Assembly: GCA_032718475.1 (NCBI GenBank) | Contig: JAUCBJ010003687.1 | Location: 1-63,664, forward strand | Direction: 5' to 3' | DNA from: Nemertoderma westbladi | Taxonomy: Eukaryota > Animalia > Xenacoelomorpha | Length of the DNA: 63,664 nt | Shown here: positions 37,866 to 51,988 of the stretch, in pieces | Position numbering within the stretch: position 1 is the first letter of the stretch | Layout: each line of letters starts with the position of its first letter | Notes under the pieces: model-generated | Database searches by the model: none | What the model was told of the DNA's origin: nothing | Seen by the model: the letters and a program-made list of their open reading frames with translations, nothing else | Program-made: the position numbers and the translations under genes

Positions 37866-39627
37866 GGGTAGGTGTAAAACGCAGATCCGGATCCGGATAC
37901 GGATCAGGACCCGGATTTGCGAGTGTAAAAGGCGGATCCGGATCCGGATACGGATCAGGACCCGGATTTGCGAGTGTAAAAGGCGAATCCGGATTTACAT
38001 ACAATCCGTAACTGAGTGTAATATGCGGATTCTGAAATACGCAATCCGTATTGCAGTGTAAAACGCGGATTAATATATTTTGTGAATCCGGAATGGAGTG
38101 TAAAACACGGATTTACGTTAATTACCAAGTTTTGTTGGATCCGGAATGGAGTGTAAAACACGGATTTACGTTAATTACCAAGTTTTATTGGATCCGGAAT
38201 GGAGTGTAAAACACGGATTTAAGTTAATTACCAAGTTTTATTGGATCCGGAATGGAGTGTAAAACACGGCCTTTCGTTAATTACCAAGTTTTGTTGGATC
38301 CAGAATGGAGTGTAAAACACGGATTTACGTTAATTACCAAGTTTTATTGGATCCGGAATGGAGTTTAAAACACGGATTTACGTTAATTACCAAGTTTTGT
38401 TGGAACCGGAATGGAGTGTAAAACATGGATTTTCGTTAATTACCAAGTTTTGTTGGATCCGGAATGGAGTGTAAAACACGGATTTTCGTTAATTACCAAG
38501 TTTTGTTGGATCCGGAATGGAGTGTAAAACACGGATTTACGTTAATTACAAAATTGTAATTACATAATTGTAACTAGATGAGGGTCTGGGTCTTTATTGC
38601 ATATGCGACATGCATTTTACAAATTGTTCATTAAAACTTACTAATTAACTTGAATCCGCGTTTTACACCCCTTCCCGGATCCAATAAAACTTTGTATAAT
38701 TAACTAGAATCCGCGTTTTACACCCATTCCCGGATCCATTAAAACTTGGTAATTAACGTAAATCCGAGTTTTACACTCCATTCCGGATCCAACAAAACTT
38801 GGTAATTAACGAAAATCCGTGTTTTACACTCCATTCCGGATCCAATAAAACTTGGTAATTAACGAAAATCCGTGTTTTACACTCCATCCCGGATCCATTA
38901 AAACTTGGTAATTAACGTAAATCCGTGTTTTACACTCCATTCCGGATCCAACAAAACTTGGTAATTAACGGAAATCCGTGTTTTACACTCCATTCCAGAT
39001 CCAATAAAACTTGGTAATTAACGTAAATCCGTGTTTTACACTCCATTCCGGATCCAATAAAACTTGGTAATTAACGTAAATCCGTGTTTTACACTCCATT
39101 CCGGATCCAACAAAACTTGGTAATTAACGTAAATCCGTGTTTTACACTCCATTCCGGATCCAATAAAAATTGGTAATTAACGTAAATCCGTGTTTTACAC
39201 TCCATTCCGGATCCAATAAAACTTGGCAATTAACGTAAATCCGTGTTTTACACCCCTTTCCGGATCCAATAAAACTTTGTAATTAACTAGAATCCGCGTT
39301 TTACACCCCTTCCCGGATCCATTAAAACATGGTAATTAACTTGAATCCGTATTTTACACCCTATCCCGGATTCAGTAGAAATATGACTCCGCGTTTTACA
39401 CTCCGTTCAGGATTTAGCCTAAAACATGAATCCGCGCTTTACACTCCTTTCCGGATCTGAAAAATAGGCCAATCCGCGTTTTACACTCAGTTACGGATTC
39501 GGTAAATTTAGCAGTGCGCGGATCCGCAGATTACACCCTAAAAATGTAAATTCAGTCGACTTCCATAGAGACAATGTTAAATGATAGAATCCGGATCCTG
39601 ATCCGGATCCGCGTTTTACTCTGACCC
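37866..39627. mobile_element. Foldback-type non-autonomous DNA transposon (Mutator/Phantom-like) with inverted arrays of 53-bp repeats
   Basis: Termini GGGTAGGTGTAAAACGC and GCGTTTTACTCTGACCC, with a 9-bp TSD TACCAACAC (37857-37865 and 39628-39636). The 53-bp unit GGATCCGGAATGGAGTGTAAAACACGGATTTACGTTAATTACCAAGTTTTATT is direct on the left arm and inverted on the right. Confidence 0.88.
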
Positions 39628-39692
39628 TACCAACACCCTCACGTAACACCTGTTTTCTAAGTAACCGTCTTTGAATTTTTCTATATTTCTAG

Positions 39693-40715
39693 ATTCCAGA
39701 ACAATAATGATGGCGAATGCCAAGTTGGATGCTGCTCTTGAAGCCAGTCGCTCTATAGTAGCGGCTGTAAATTACGTGACACCCATGAAAATAGAACCGC
39801 CTACAGTGGCAATCTCATCTGAGCCATGTTTGGACGAGAGAATACTCCAATACAAGCAACCTGATACCACACCCCGATATAGCCAACCACCCAGACCTGA
39901 TACCACACCCAAATATAGCCAACCACCAAGACCTGATACCACACCCCGATATAGCCAACCTCCCAGACCTGATACCACACCCCGATATAGCCAACCACCT
40001 AGACCTGATACCACACCCAAATATAGCCAACCACCAAGACCTGATACCACACCCCGATATAGCCAACCACCTAGACCTGATACCACACCCCGATATAGCC
40101 AACCACCTAGACCTGATACCACACCCAAATATAGCCAACCACCAAGACCTGATACCACACCCCGATATAGCCAACCTCCCAGACCTGATACTACACCCCG
40201 ATATAGCCAACCTCCCAGACCTGATACTACACCCCGATATAGCCAACCTCCCAGACCTGATACCACACCCCGATATAGCCAACCTCCCAGACCTGATACT
40301 ACACCCCGATATAGCCAACCTCCCAGACCTGATACCACACCCCGTTTTAAACACACCCCGTACGCTGAAAGCACCCCCAGATCTAACCAACCGGTTCTCC
40401 ATACTACCACCCCGCAGTATGATCTACTCTTCCGAGATGCAAGCACCCCAGCTTACAAACACCCCACTATTCACGAGAGCACCCCCAGACCGTCTGTTAC
40501 TAATACCGATTCAAACTCGCAACACAACGACCTTTCGCGTTCGAGTGTGCAATCACCCTGTCTGTTCTCGGAGGTCATTAACCCCGAGCCATCGGTCTCC
40601 AGAGTAACAAGACGTGACCTTTGTGCAGCGCTGTTTCAGTGTAGTCCCCTCGGTTCTCAGGAAGACAGCACCAGATCGTCTACTCAGTTGTCGATAAAAC
40701 AAGAGTCGTATTACG
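39693..40715 (+). CDS. E2F: E2F penultimate exon containing ~13.5 copies of a 12-aa repeat (PRPDTTPRYSQP)
   Basis: TTTCTAG acceptor and G|GTGAGT donor, both phase 1. The frame is open and compatible with the flanking E2F exons. Confidence 0.68.
39860..40345 (+). repeat. Coding 36-bp tandem repeat
   Basis: CCTGATACCACACCCCGATATAGCCAACCACCCAGA units; variation is mostly synonymous or R/K. Confidence 0.93.
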
Positions 40716-41061
40716 GTGAGTTTATCATGAATGTGTAAACGTTAGTTACAACGACAGCAGACAACGTTATTCTGAACAAAATTGAAACCTATCCCTCTGC
40801 TTTTGACTATTGTTTATTGTGTTGGTTAGAAGAACCCGCCAATGTAAACTGTTCTTTTCCCTTATCGTTAATAATAATTATCGGCTGTGGTTGTGGTTGT
40901 TGTAGGGAGTCTGTTGTTAGCTGTCTCCATAGCGTTTAAACCTTATTATGGTCAGTAATGATGTTTTGGTTTAGACTATATTGAACAGTACTTTATTTGT
41001 TATTTCAGTACTTTTTACAAATTTCAGAGAGATTGTAATAAAATGTTTGCGTTTGTTTTAG

Positions 41062-41288
41062 GTGACCCATCGCTATCCAAATCAATGATTTCATTGAGTC
41101 CCTCATCTGTGGCCTCGGAACCAACATTATTTAGCACCGCCTCCGATTTGGACTTGGGGTTGAATGACTTTGAGGGGATCCCTCTCTCACCGGTTCTCAC
41201 ACAACAGGATTACCTGTTTACTTTGGATGATGATTCTGAGGGTATCACTGATCTATTTGATGCCTACGATCTATCGTCCATTATTTAA
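41062..41288 (+). CDS. E2F: E2F terminal exon with Rb (pocket protein)-binding transactivation motif, E2F1/2/3-like
   Basis: TTTTAG acceptor, then PLSP..QDYLFTLDDDSEGITDLFDAYDL, matching the E2F C-terminal DYxFxLxxxEGIxDLFD motif. Confidence 0.85.
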
Positions 41289-43840
41289 ACTTAGTGAAAA
41301 ATATAGATGCTTAAAACTTAAAGATCTCAAGGAATTTATAGTTGATGTGCCCAACCGTAATGTTGATTGAGGTGTATCACATAATTTTATAGCTTTTATA
41401 AGTTGTTTTCAAGACAATTATTATTTTACCCAACTATATTACAGTTAATATGTCCATATGCCGCCAGATCCCGAATTACGTAATAACATCGGATATTCCT
41501 TTCAATAATTAATTATTAGTCCAAAATTTTAACATTGCATACCGACTTATTTTTACACTTACTCGCTACGTAACAACTAGGTATGGCGCACTCCATAGTT
41601 TACATGCAGTAATATAAAGTATCTTCTATAACACGTTTTGATATTGGCGAAGTTTACTGTAAATAATTGAAAGTATTATTCACTATTCATTCAACATTCA
41701 TTACTCACTACAGCAAAGTTGGGATATTATAGTTGTCGATTCTGGAACTTAGAAACTTATTTAATCTAACTCCGACACAAATAGCAACACCGAGTTTATA
41801 TTGTAAACCACGCCCGGAATATCACAAAGCATAGGGTCGGTTGTTTAAACTAAAGTAGCTTTTACTTCTAACCGAGCAATTGACTTCGCTAACTGTACAG
41901 TTAGTAAGTTTACTGGGCAGTTATAGCCAAAGTAAGTAAGGGCATTATTGCCGTAGGCCTGACTGAATGGCCGTGATTCTGACAAAAGCTCAGTGCGATT
42001 ATCTGAGATATGCCCGGTTAACAACCGCCATGGTGCCAACTCGCACTGACTTTGGATAACAGGTTACATGACAACTTTAATTAGGGTTTGGGCCGCCACT
42101 CTGGAAATCGGGAAACCTGTCTACTGGGATCTAAAGTCACGGGGGCTAAGACAAATGGGGCGGGTGTGATGGATGTTAGCAGCTAACAGGGATGGACGTG
42201 GTAAAAGGAATCACCACGGTTCGCGTTGATAGTACTAACACCATTCGCTACTCTATTTATACGCTAAAATAAAATTAACTTTATATTGTTTGTTGGTATA
42301 TTCCAATACATGGTGTTCTTACAAAATGACATGAAAAAAAGTAGCTTTTTACTCTGGTACTAAATACTTTCGGCATTATTCTCTCGTTCTATCAAACTAA
42401 CTATTTGGGTGGCTGTTGCCAGATGTGTCGTGTTAGTTTAAATAAACGTTTCTCGGATTTACTTGTCTACAACTACATCCATTAATAATAATGAACAAGA
42501 TTAATTTTTCACAGCGCGTTGGGTGGGTGCGGCATATTGTCATATTGAATTATATAAGCCCTCCACGGAGACTAACATTTTTTACTAATAATGCGTGTAA
42601 AAAACATGAATATAGTAGACTATAGGTTTAGTTGTCTAGTTCTGTGCTATAAATATAATATTTTTATGTCATTATTTCACTTTGAGGTCTCCCGTTGGAA
42701 GTTTATTTAGTGATTGAAACTGACGTGGTTTGGGTTGAATCGGGACTTGGGGTTATTATTAATCACCGTTATCTACCCAGTTTCCAGTTCGTATATAAAA
42801 TTTAAAATGTTAGCCGACTTGTGATAATAATAAGATTGATCCTATTTTTGCAAACAATAGTGTTTTGTTTTTCATTTTTTTCAACGACTACAAGCTTAGG
42901 GTTTTTATTTATTTTTTGAAGTCTCCCTTTTGAGCATCTTTGTCATAACTTACTGTTTTTTTATTATTTTCTTGTATCGGATTTGTGTTGTCTGAAAAAT
43001 TGGCTATAATATATTTGACGTACTTTTTGTAGTTTGATTGGGTTTAACTTATTATACGTATTATTGATCGAACTTCTATTTAATATTTCAGTCATGAATT
43101 TTTGATATCAATTTATTGATGATCATTTTTGTCTTTTTTGTATAATCGTAATAATGGTCCACGCTGTTTCATCAATAACACAGAATTCCCTTTTCAACCG
43201 AATAATTAATTATGCTATTCAAGAAAATTGTAGTTCGTATTGTACAATCTAAGTTCCTTGTAGAAAATAAACGAATTATATTATTATTTGTGAAATTGTG
43301 AAATACAATTTTATTCTCCAACAAAGTTCTCTCTGTAAGAATTTTTTAATGTCTCTATTATCTTTATCAGTTATACTCTACGGACAATAGGAAAACTCTC
43401 CAAATAATAACAGACTATTTTTTTATTTTATTGTCTTTGCTTAGTATTTGTGTTATTGAGTTTATAATTGTCACTTATATGGAATGCAATTTGTATTCAA
43501 TTTAACTAATAATTCACTATATAGTCATTTTACACATTTATTCAGTTTTTAACATTATTAAAATTATGAATATTACATAATTTGTTATATATACATAGTT
43601 AGTAAATAACTGACAGAGCTTGTTGTATTTCACAATGATTAATAGTAGTCGTTAAGTGATTTAATATTTTAAGTAAATGAGACAATATTTTCTCTTTTGT
43701 ACAAAGAAAGAAATACTTCTTTCTATACTGAGGTATATTATAATAGTTGCTATTTACATTTGTATTTGTAAGGTTTAGTTTTTTTACGTTTGTTGTTTTA
43801 AGTATGTATTTCATTAGTTACAATAATAATTTGTAAGGTT

Positions 43841-45749
43841 GATCGTTTTCGAGAAGTAAATTTTCTCACTCGATTGTTTTCGATGTGTCCACATTCTCAC
43901 TCGTTCGTTTTCGAGATGTCCATTTTCACACTCGATCGTTTTCGAGATGTCCACATTTCCACTTGATCGTTTTCGAGATGTCCACATTTCCACTCGATCG
44001 TTTTCAAGATGTCCACTTTCTCACTCGTCATTTTCGAGAAGTCCATTTTCTCACTCGTTCGTTTTCTAGCTATCTATTTTCTCAATTGATCGTTTTCGAG
44101 ATGTCCACATTTCCACTCGATCGTTTCGAGGTGTCCACATTCTCACTCGATCGTTTTCGAGATGTCCACTTTCTTACTCGTCGTTTTCGAGAAGTCCATT
44201 TTCTCACTCGTTCGTTTTCGAGAAGTCCATTTTCTCACTCGATCGTTTTCGACATGTCCATTTTCTCACTCGATCGTTTTCGAGATGTCCACTTTCTCAC
44301 TCGTCGTTTTCGAGATGTTGATTTTGTCACTCGATTGTTTTCGAGATGTCCACATTCTCACTCGTTCGTTTTCGAGATATCCATTTTCTCAATCGATCGT
44401 TTTCGAGATGTCCACATTTCCACTTGATCGTTTTCGAGATGTCCACATTTCCACTCGATCGTTTTCGAGATGTCCACTTTCTCACTCGTCATTTTCGAGA
44501 AGCCAATTTTCTCACTCGTTCGTTTTCTAGCTATCTATTTTCTCAATTGATCGTTTTCGAGATGTCCACATTTCCACTCGATCGTTTCGAGGTGTCCACA
44601 TTCTCACTCGATCGTTTTCGAGATGTCCACTTTCTCACTCGTCGTTTTCGAGATGTTGATTTTGTCACTCGATTGTTTTCGAGATGTCCACATTCTCACT
44701 CGTTCGTTTTCGAGATATCCATTTTCTCAATCGATCGTTTTCGAGATGTCCACATTTCCACTTGATCGTTTTCGAGATGTCCACATTTCCACTCGATCGT
44801 TTTCGAGATGTCCACTTTCTCACTCGTCATTTTCGAGAAGCCAATTTTCTCACTCGTTCGTTTTCTAGCTATCTATTTTCTCAATTGATCGTTTTCGAGA
44901 TGTCCACATTTCCACTCGATCGTTTCGAGGTGTCCACATTCTCACTCGATTGTTTTCGAGATGTCGATTTTGTCACTCGATTGTTTTCGAGATGTCCACA
45001 TTCTCACTCGTTCGTTTTCGAGATATCCATTTTCTCAATCGATCGTTTTCGAGATATCCACATTTCCACTTGATCGTTTTTGAGATGTCCACATTTCCAC
45101 TCGATCGTTTTCGAGATGTCCACTTTCTCACTCGTCATTTTCGAGAAGCCAATTTTCTCACTCGTTCGTTTTCTAGCTATCTATTTTCTCAATTGATCGT
45201 TTTCGAGATGTCCACATTTCCACTCGATCGTTTCGAGGTGTCCACATTCTCACTCGATCGTTTTCGAGATGCCCACTTTCTCACTCGTCATTTTCGAGAA
45301 GTCCATTTTCTCACTCGTTCGTTTTCTAGCTATCTATTTTCTCAATTGATCGTTTTCGAGATGTCCACATTTCCACTCGATCGTTTCGAGGTGTCCACAT
45401 TCTCACTCGATCGTTTTCGAGATGTCCACTTTCTCACTCGTCATTTTCGAGAAGTCCATTTTCTCACTCGTTCGTTTTCGAGATGTCCACATTCTCACTC
45501 GATCGTTTTCGAGATGTCCACTTTCTCACTCGTCGTTTTCGAGAAGTCCATTTTCTCACTCGTTCGTTTTCGAGAAGTCCATTTTCTCACTCGATCGTTT
45601 TCGACATGTCCATTTTCTCACTCGATCGTTTTCGACATGTCCATTTTCTCATTCGATCGTTTTCGAGATGTCCACATTTTCACTCGATCGTTTTCGAGAT
45701 GTCCATTTTCTCACTCGATCGTTTTCGAGATGTCCACATTCTCACTCGA
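43841..45749. repeat. ~31-bp satellite (GATCGTTTTCGAGATGTCCACATTTCCACTC) with higher-order structure
   Basis: Diverged monomers; the same variant order recurs at 338-bp spacing (44346 and 44684). Confidence 0.95.
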
Positions 45750-46241
45750 ATTCTCCGATTAGTTGTGAATAATGCAAATTCGCTGAGTCTCAAACATTAG
45801 TTATGCGCTATTGTTTGTTGTTTTATTTCTTACATAGATTTTTGTATTGCATGTTTTTGCTGCCTTCTATTTTGTATTATGCACTTGAATTTATTGATAT
45901 ATAGTTAGTTTAATTTTTGCTTCACTATTTCTGTAATTGTTTTTTGTCAATAATAATGTTTGTTGTATGTTTTATTGTGCTTTGTTACACTTTTCTTTAT
46001 ATGGTAGACTGACTCCTCCTATAATACTTAAGTATTGTATTCACAAGGACTACCTTATTTAATGTATGGTGAAAGTTTTTGGGGTATCATAATATTTGAA
46101 CACTGATTGTCCTAAAGTCTAAATTAGAAGATAAGTTGGCAATAAGATAGCGAAAGTCGGTACCTGTAACTATTAGGGCTCTTGTCGGTAATAAATTTGT
46201 AATCGCTTCAAAATGGAAAAACGCTGAAAACGCAGTTACCC

Positions 46242-47072
46242 GGAAAACAGTGAAAATATTCATCAGGAAATTTAACCCACTCTAAATTATTGTACTACAC
46301 TGCACTGATACTAATACTGTAATCGGCCTGCTGCATTGCAACTGCATATTGAGATGCTATGGTGGAGTGACAAAAAATTTGAGCCACCATCATGGAATCA
46401 ACAATTGACATGCATTACGATTGTTATGCCGGCACATTACACCCTAGGTAAAAACAGTAAAACATATGGAAAACACAATAAACACTCTGGAAAACAATGA
46501 AAAAAATTATCAGCATTAAAGTTAACCGACTCCCGCTAAAAATAATTTGAAAGAGTCTAATACTACGCAGAAAGCATTGTTGCCTGGCTACCAAGGAACA
46601 TTAACCAATCGGCATGCAGTTCAGCACTATCCTTGTTTTTAACTGGTTGTTATGTTGCGATACTCAGTTGCTCGACAGGAAGAGGGCGGGTTAGGAGGAC
46701 CTTCAAAGATTTATTTATACCGCAACTTCTGCAATTAGCAGATTACATGAGTGTCTTACACTAACAATACACTAATAATACAGCAATACCAGTACTGTGC
46801 CTTGACAGGCTGACAGGTAAACCAAGGATAGTGCTGAGCTGCACGCTGATTGGTTACTATTTATTGCCCAGCAACAATGATGCTCTCTGCATAATATTAG
46901 ACTCTATCACTTTATTTTTTGTAGCATATCGGTTAAATTTCATTTCATGCTGTTTGTGTTTTCATGCAGTGTTTTCCCTATACGTTTTACCGTGTTTTCA
47001 TAGGATGTACTGTACGAGGAGTACATTTAGGAAGGGTTAAATTTCCTGCTGATCAATATTTTCACTGTTTTC
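46242..47072. mobile_element. Old MITE-like element (sub-terminal inverted repeats)
   Basis: GGAAAACAGTGAAAATATTCATCAGGAAATTTAACCC at ~46242 is inverted at ~47030-47072. The true ends are unclear. Confidence 0.55.
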
Positions 47073-50000
47073 CTAGTGTTTTACAATTTTCTAGTGTTTT
47101 CCTAATTTAAAACTATCCAACGTAACTTCATGTTTACGTGACCACCAAGGTTGCCTAGGTAGCCTGACACACAGACATTAAACGGCCCTAATATGCCTAA
47201 AATGTTAACCTTTCGATGATGACTCAACTTCCTACTATTCCCACTTCACATGTAAACTGTTATTATAATATATAGTTGCCGACTTACTTTTGTCAAAATA
47301 AAAACCACGGAACATATGGAGGTTCTAATTAACTCTCTTTCTTGTATACTGTTGATTTGGCTATTCAACCCGGCCCAATGCCCGTGTAATCTTGTCAAAA
47401 GCGCAATAAGATTAACTTCATTCATCATATGGGTAAATACTCAATTTTGTCGTAATTAATATAATAGAATGAACCCTAACTAATTTAATACCGGTATGTA
47501 TTTTGTATTTATTACATTGGCGCCTTCAGCTGTGATTGTGATTGCGTCTCGCTCTAATTAGTCAAGTAATATTGTTATACTATGTGTGTGTTGAGTATGT
47601 AGCACGTTATAAATATATCTTTGGTTTTATCGATTTCTGGTGCATATTATTCAATTTTTCGTTATAAACCAAAATACCTAAATATTTATTCACCATATGA
47701 AATTGAGTGTGGTGTTTACCGGTAGTCGTTTTTGTAAATTTAGTATCTCGTTATGTTTGTAATGTTGTATATATTATATAATATTATAATATCGGTCGTC
47801 TCTTTACATAATATTAATATTATGAGCTTGTTTGCCAATATCCGTAACCGAATGAAATAGTTATGTTGTGGTTATAGGGACTCGTTTAACCTTTGGATTG
47901 AGTTTTTTTGTACAGATATCTACTCACACACAATATTGCGTCCAAAACGAACAGTTTGTTGTAAACCGGGTATTGCAAACCGTAGACACGGCAGAAGTTA
48001 AGGTTAATTAATTAAGTTGTTATGGACACGATGGCTCTTCCCATTGTGGGTGAGGTTGGACGTTGGTCCAGCACACGGCTGTTTGAGATGATGTTCCACA
48101 TGCGGCTATAACCCACACATTTATTAATAATTGCTGACAATAGTGTGGTACTTGCACGTTTTATACGTTATTATGCTGACAATATCTTGGGAGGTCTAAT
48201 TTCCAGACAGTAAATTAAGCACATACTATTGAGACGGTATGATTAGTGGATGGAGTCTTTTAGCAATTTCGTTACGAGCAGGTACAGTATAGACAGTGTA
48301 CTGAAAATATGTTGCTACCAGAGCTACCACATAAAGTTATCCTGTTAGTTGTTAGAGTAGGGCGAGATAAACAAACTTTTACCGCTATTTTAACAGTTGT
48401 CTGTCGGTTTGGTCTGTCGGTCGGTCGGTATCAGCAGTTCTCGAGTCTCCTGTAAGAGGGCGACCACGCCGGTAGGGTAAGCTTCGCTTACTTCTACTGC
48501 GCGGAGGTCGATGTTGACGAATTCCGGTACCTGTACCTGGTGACGCTGGTGTCGTTGATAAGGAGTTCCGCAGCTGCGTAGGGAAAAGACAAACAAACAG
48601 ATAGATAGTCGGGCAAGTAATAATGTTGATATGGTTATTACGTCCTGTAAGGCCAGCTATCACTAACCGTAGTTTCCTATCTCATATACGGAAAATAGAA
48701 GCCTTTTATTGTTGCTTATCTTTTTTTCATCTTCACGAAAGTAAATTATGATAAATAGCCAATCATATCGGCGAATTTAATGTGTTTCTCCTGGTATAGT
48801 TGTGATTGGCCAGTGCTTTTACTCAAGGTTTCACTACAGGAGTATATATAGTACTAAGAAGAAAGGCAATGCTGGTTTGATGTACTGTGCACAATCAATT
48901 AAATCCAGAGGTTAACGTTATTGTCTTGTCAATTGCATTATACTTAACTATTTTTACTAAATATCATTCCTTTTTATTACAAAATTAAATATAACCTTAC
49001 AGCTATATAATATTTGAAGAATATAAAGTAGTTTACATTATACTGTACTAAAACAATTTGTATATCATACGTTATGAACAATACCACGTTTTCATTTTTC
49101 GGTCGAAATTTTATTTGACATTTTTGGAGACCAGGGGGGGAAACTGGACGCACTCCCATCTTGGCGAATTATTATCCCGCCTCAATGTTAAATTCTCAAT
49201 TTAGGGAAAGGAGCAGGTTACAGTGGCACGTTATTTTAATCAAAGTAATAAACTAAACACAATAGAACAGGTTACAGTTTTATTTTTGAGAGTAATCAGC
49301 TGTTATTTGCGTCGAGTTTCCCCTTCGAAAATTCGAATAAAAAGTCGACCGAAAGTGAAATCCTGGTATTCTTCACATGGACGAATTTTTATTGCGTCCA
49401 GTTTCCCCACCCCCCTATCTGCATTTTTTATATGAAATTTTTTTAAATTTTTCCTCATTAAGTGTTTTATAATTCTTGTTTCTATCTTATACCCAGCATA
49501 CATACTAATTCGTTTATTGTTTTGGTTAGATTCAACTCAGCCCTTCTATAAACGGGGTTTGTAGTGAAAACGGGGTTTAAGTGAAAAAGGGATTCTTTAC
49601 ATGCCACATTCTGCACATGGTGAACTGCGAAGTGAAATATAACCTAGTTAACATAATTTAGTTATGCATCAAATACAAGCCACCAAATACCAGCAATACA
49701 TATGTTTGTTTATTGAACTTAAATGGTTTGTTATATTTATCGTAGCCACATAGCCCGTTGTATTTGTTTATCCAGTATATGTCCCTAAATTTTAATTCAT
49801 TCTTGAATTTTCAAATTTGAAAAGTTGCTAACTATATATAATATTCATAAGCTTGCTTCATTGATATGGTTTTACTAGTGCGTATAGACAGACGGTATGG
49901 GTATGTTCCACCAATAACAATCTCCAAGGTACAGATAAAGGTACACACATTTTTGGTGACGGGGCAGGACTGCGCGAACGGGACCTGACAGTGCAGTGAA

Positions 50001-50529
50001 AAAAATGTAGGCGATAAAGTTACGTACAGTAGTAACAGTATATTGCACCAATAGCAATAATGTACCTACAATAAGTAGGCCTACAGTTCAGTTCAGACAG
50101 ATAAGTAATTGTATGTATGTAATGCTATATAAATACTTACGACTTTATATTCTCATGAACATATGCGTGTGCGTGGTTCGTTGTTAATAATATTGATAGG
50201 ACAGCAGTTGCTCTGACCCATAATAGTATTTGGTCGTAGCCTTGCAGCAGCTTGTGTAGTTGCAACTGTCCTCATTCCTACAGAGTGAATCACAGCCATT
50301 GAACTAAGTCTAATTGTTCCTATTTATGGTCGATATCTTGCCCCGATGCGAGAAACTAACTACTATAATTGTTATTGTTTCAACTCGAGAATTCCAAAGA
50401 AATCTGGAATTTGTAATAAACCTTCATTTTTTATATTATTATTTTTTTACAATGAGAGTTTCAACAGTTTTCTTAATTATAAAAAAATATTACAAAATAA
50501 TTTATATACAATAAATTATGTACAAAGTA

Positions 50530-50734
50530 TAATAATGTTATTCGATATAAAAGTATAATGTTATTCGATATAAAAGTATAATGTTATTCGATATAAAAGT
50601 ATAATGTTATTCGATATAAAAGTATAATGTTATTCGATATAAAAGTATAATGTTATTCGATATAAAAGTATAATGTTTTTCGATATAAAAGTATAATGTT
50701 ATTCGATATAAAAGTATAATGTTTTTCGATATAA
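50530..50734. repeat. 23-bp minisatellite (TAATGTTATTCGATATAAAAGTA), ~9 copies
   Basis: Direct tandem repeat. Confidence 0.93.
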
Positions 50735-51705
50735 GAACGGTTTAGAAATAATATCCACTTTTTGTTACTGTTTTCAATTCAGCATGAGCTCTGTCAAACG
50801 TTTTTTAACGAATTAATTATTATTTTATTTGAAAATCATTTGCAAATTCTTTACCTGAATATACATTAGGTTAAATTTACTTTACATTAAATTAAGTTAA
50901 AAAATCATTATTTTATAATTAAAGTAAAAAACAATGACAGACATTATATCAATAAAGCTAGTGATATAAAGTTTTTAGCTGAAAATCAACAAAACAGTGC
51001 AATAAAGTGCTGCTTTTCGCGCTCATTGCTTTCTATCACTAAATTATCTGATAAAAAGTAAATGCTAAGCTCAGTCGGCGCAGGAGCTATGTTATTATAG
51101 CTTCTGGGTTCGAAACTGGGCCGCAGTAGTGTTATTTGTAATTACATTCCTTTAAAAATGTGAAAATCATTAAAAATCAAATTTAAATATAAATGACATA
51201 TAAGGGTATTTGTAGAAAGATGCGCCGAATAACGCATTTCATGAAAAGGTTATTTCAATTAAACCTAAAATTTGTACCGGTTACTATCGGTAACCGGTTA
51301 CTCGTATAATTTGGTAACTCGTATAATTTGGTAACTTTTCAGATAAAATACTGTAGTCGATAAAAAAAACTCGTATTAGTATTAGTAAGAACTAATTTCA
51401 AGTCAACCGAATTACAGATATTCTGCCTCCGCATTGAATTTTACACTAGTGTAAGAAAATAATACCATTAAGCAATTGCGTAACTTTATTTTACTGTTTT
51501 GGTACATATTTAAGTGAGATAAAGTGAATTTGGCAGATATAATATTTTAGTTGTTGAATTTTAACGGATTTGCTATAATTTACGTTCTATTTTTACTTAT
51601 AAAAGACTAAAGGAATTTTATATGAATTATGAAATATGTTAACTATATGACCGAAATTATTTATGGCGACTGTTCTAAGTATCAATGTAATGAATGTTGA
51701 ACTCA

Positions 51706-51988
51706 ATGAATCGCGTAAATGTTCGAACGTTATCGCTAGTTATATCGGCCCTAACATTCCTTCTCGTCGGGGCCGCCATCTTTGAGGCGTTGGAATCTAA
51801 GGAGGAGACGCAGCAGTTGCGAGATTGGAAGCGACGCGAGGCCGCGCTCTTCCGCAAATACAACATATCGGTTAGCGACGCCAAGGAGCTCGCCGTTATA
51901 GTCACGTCGCTGATCCCGCATAACAGCGGAGTGCAGTGGCAGTTCGCCGGAAGTTTCTACTTTGCAACTACCGTAATTACAACTATAG
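51706..51988 (+). CDS. Two-pore-domain potassium channel, TASK subfamily (KCNK3/KCNK9/sup-9-like), coding exon 1
   Basis: [52 protein letters not shown] followed by a G|GTGAGT donor in the first pore loop. Exon 2 (GYG) was not found in the window. Confidence 0.92.

Noticed and set aside
43885-45800. MSTFSLDRFRDVHF-type ORFs
   Set aside because: Rotating-frame translations of the 31-bp satellite.
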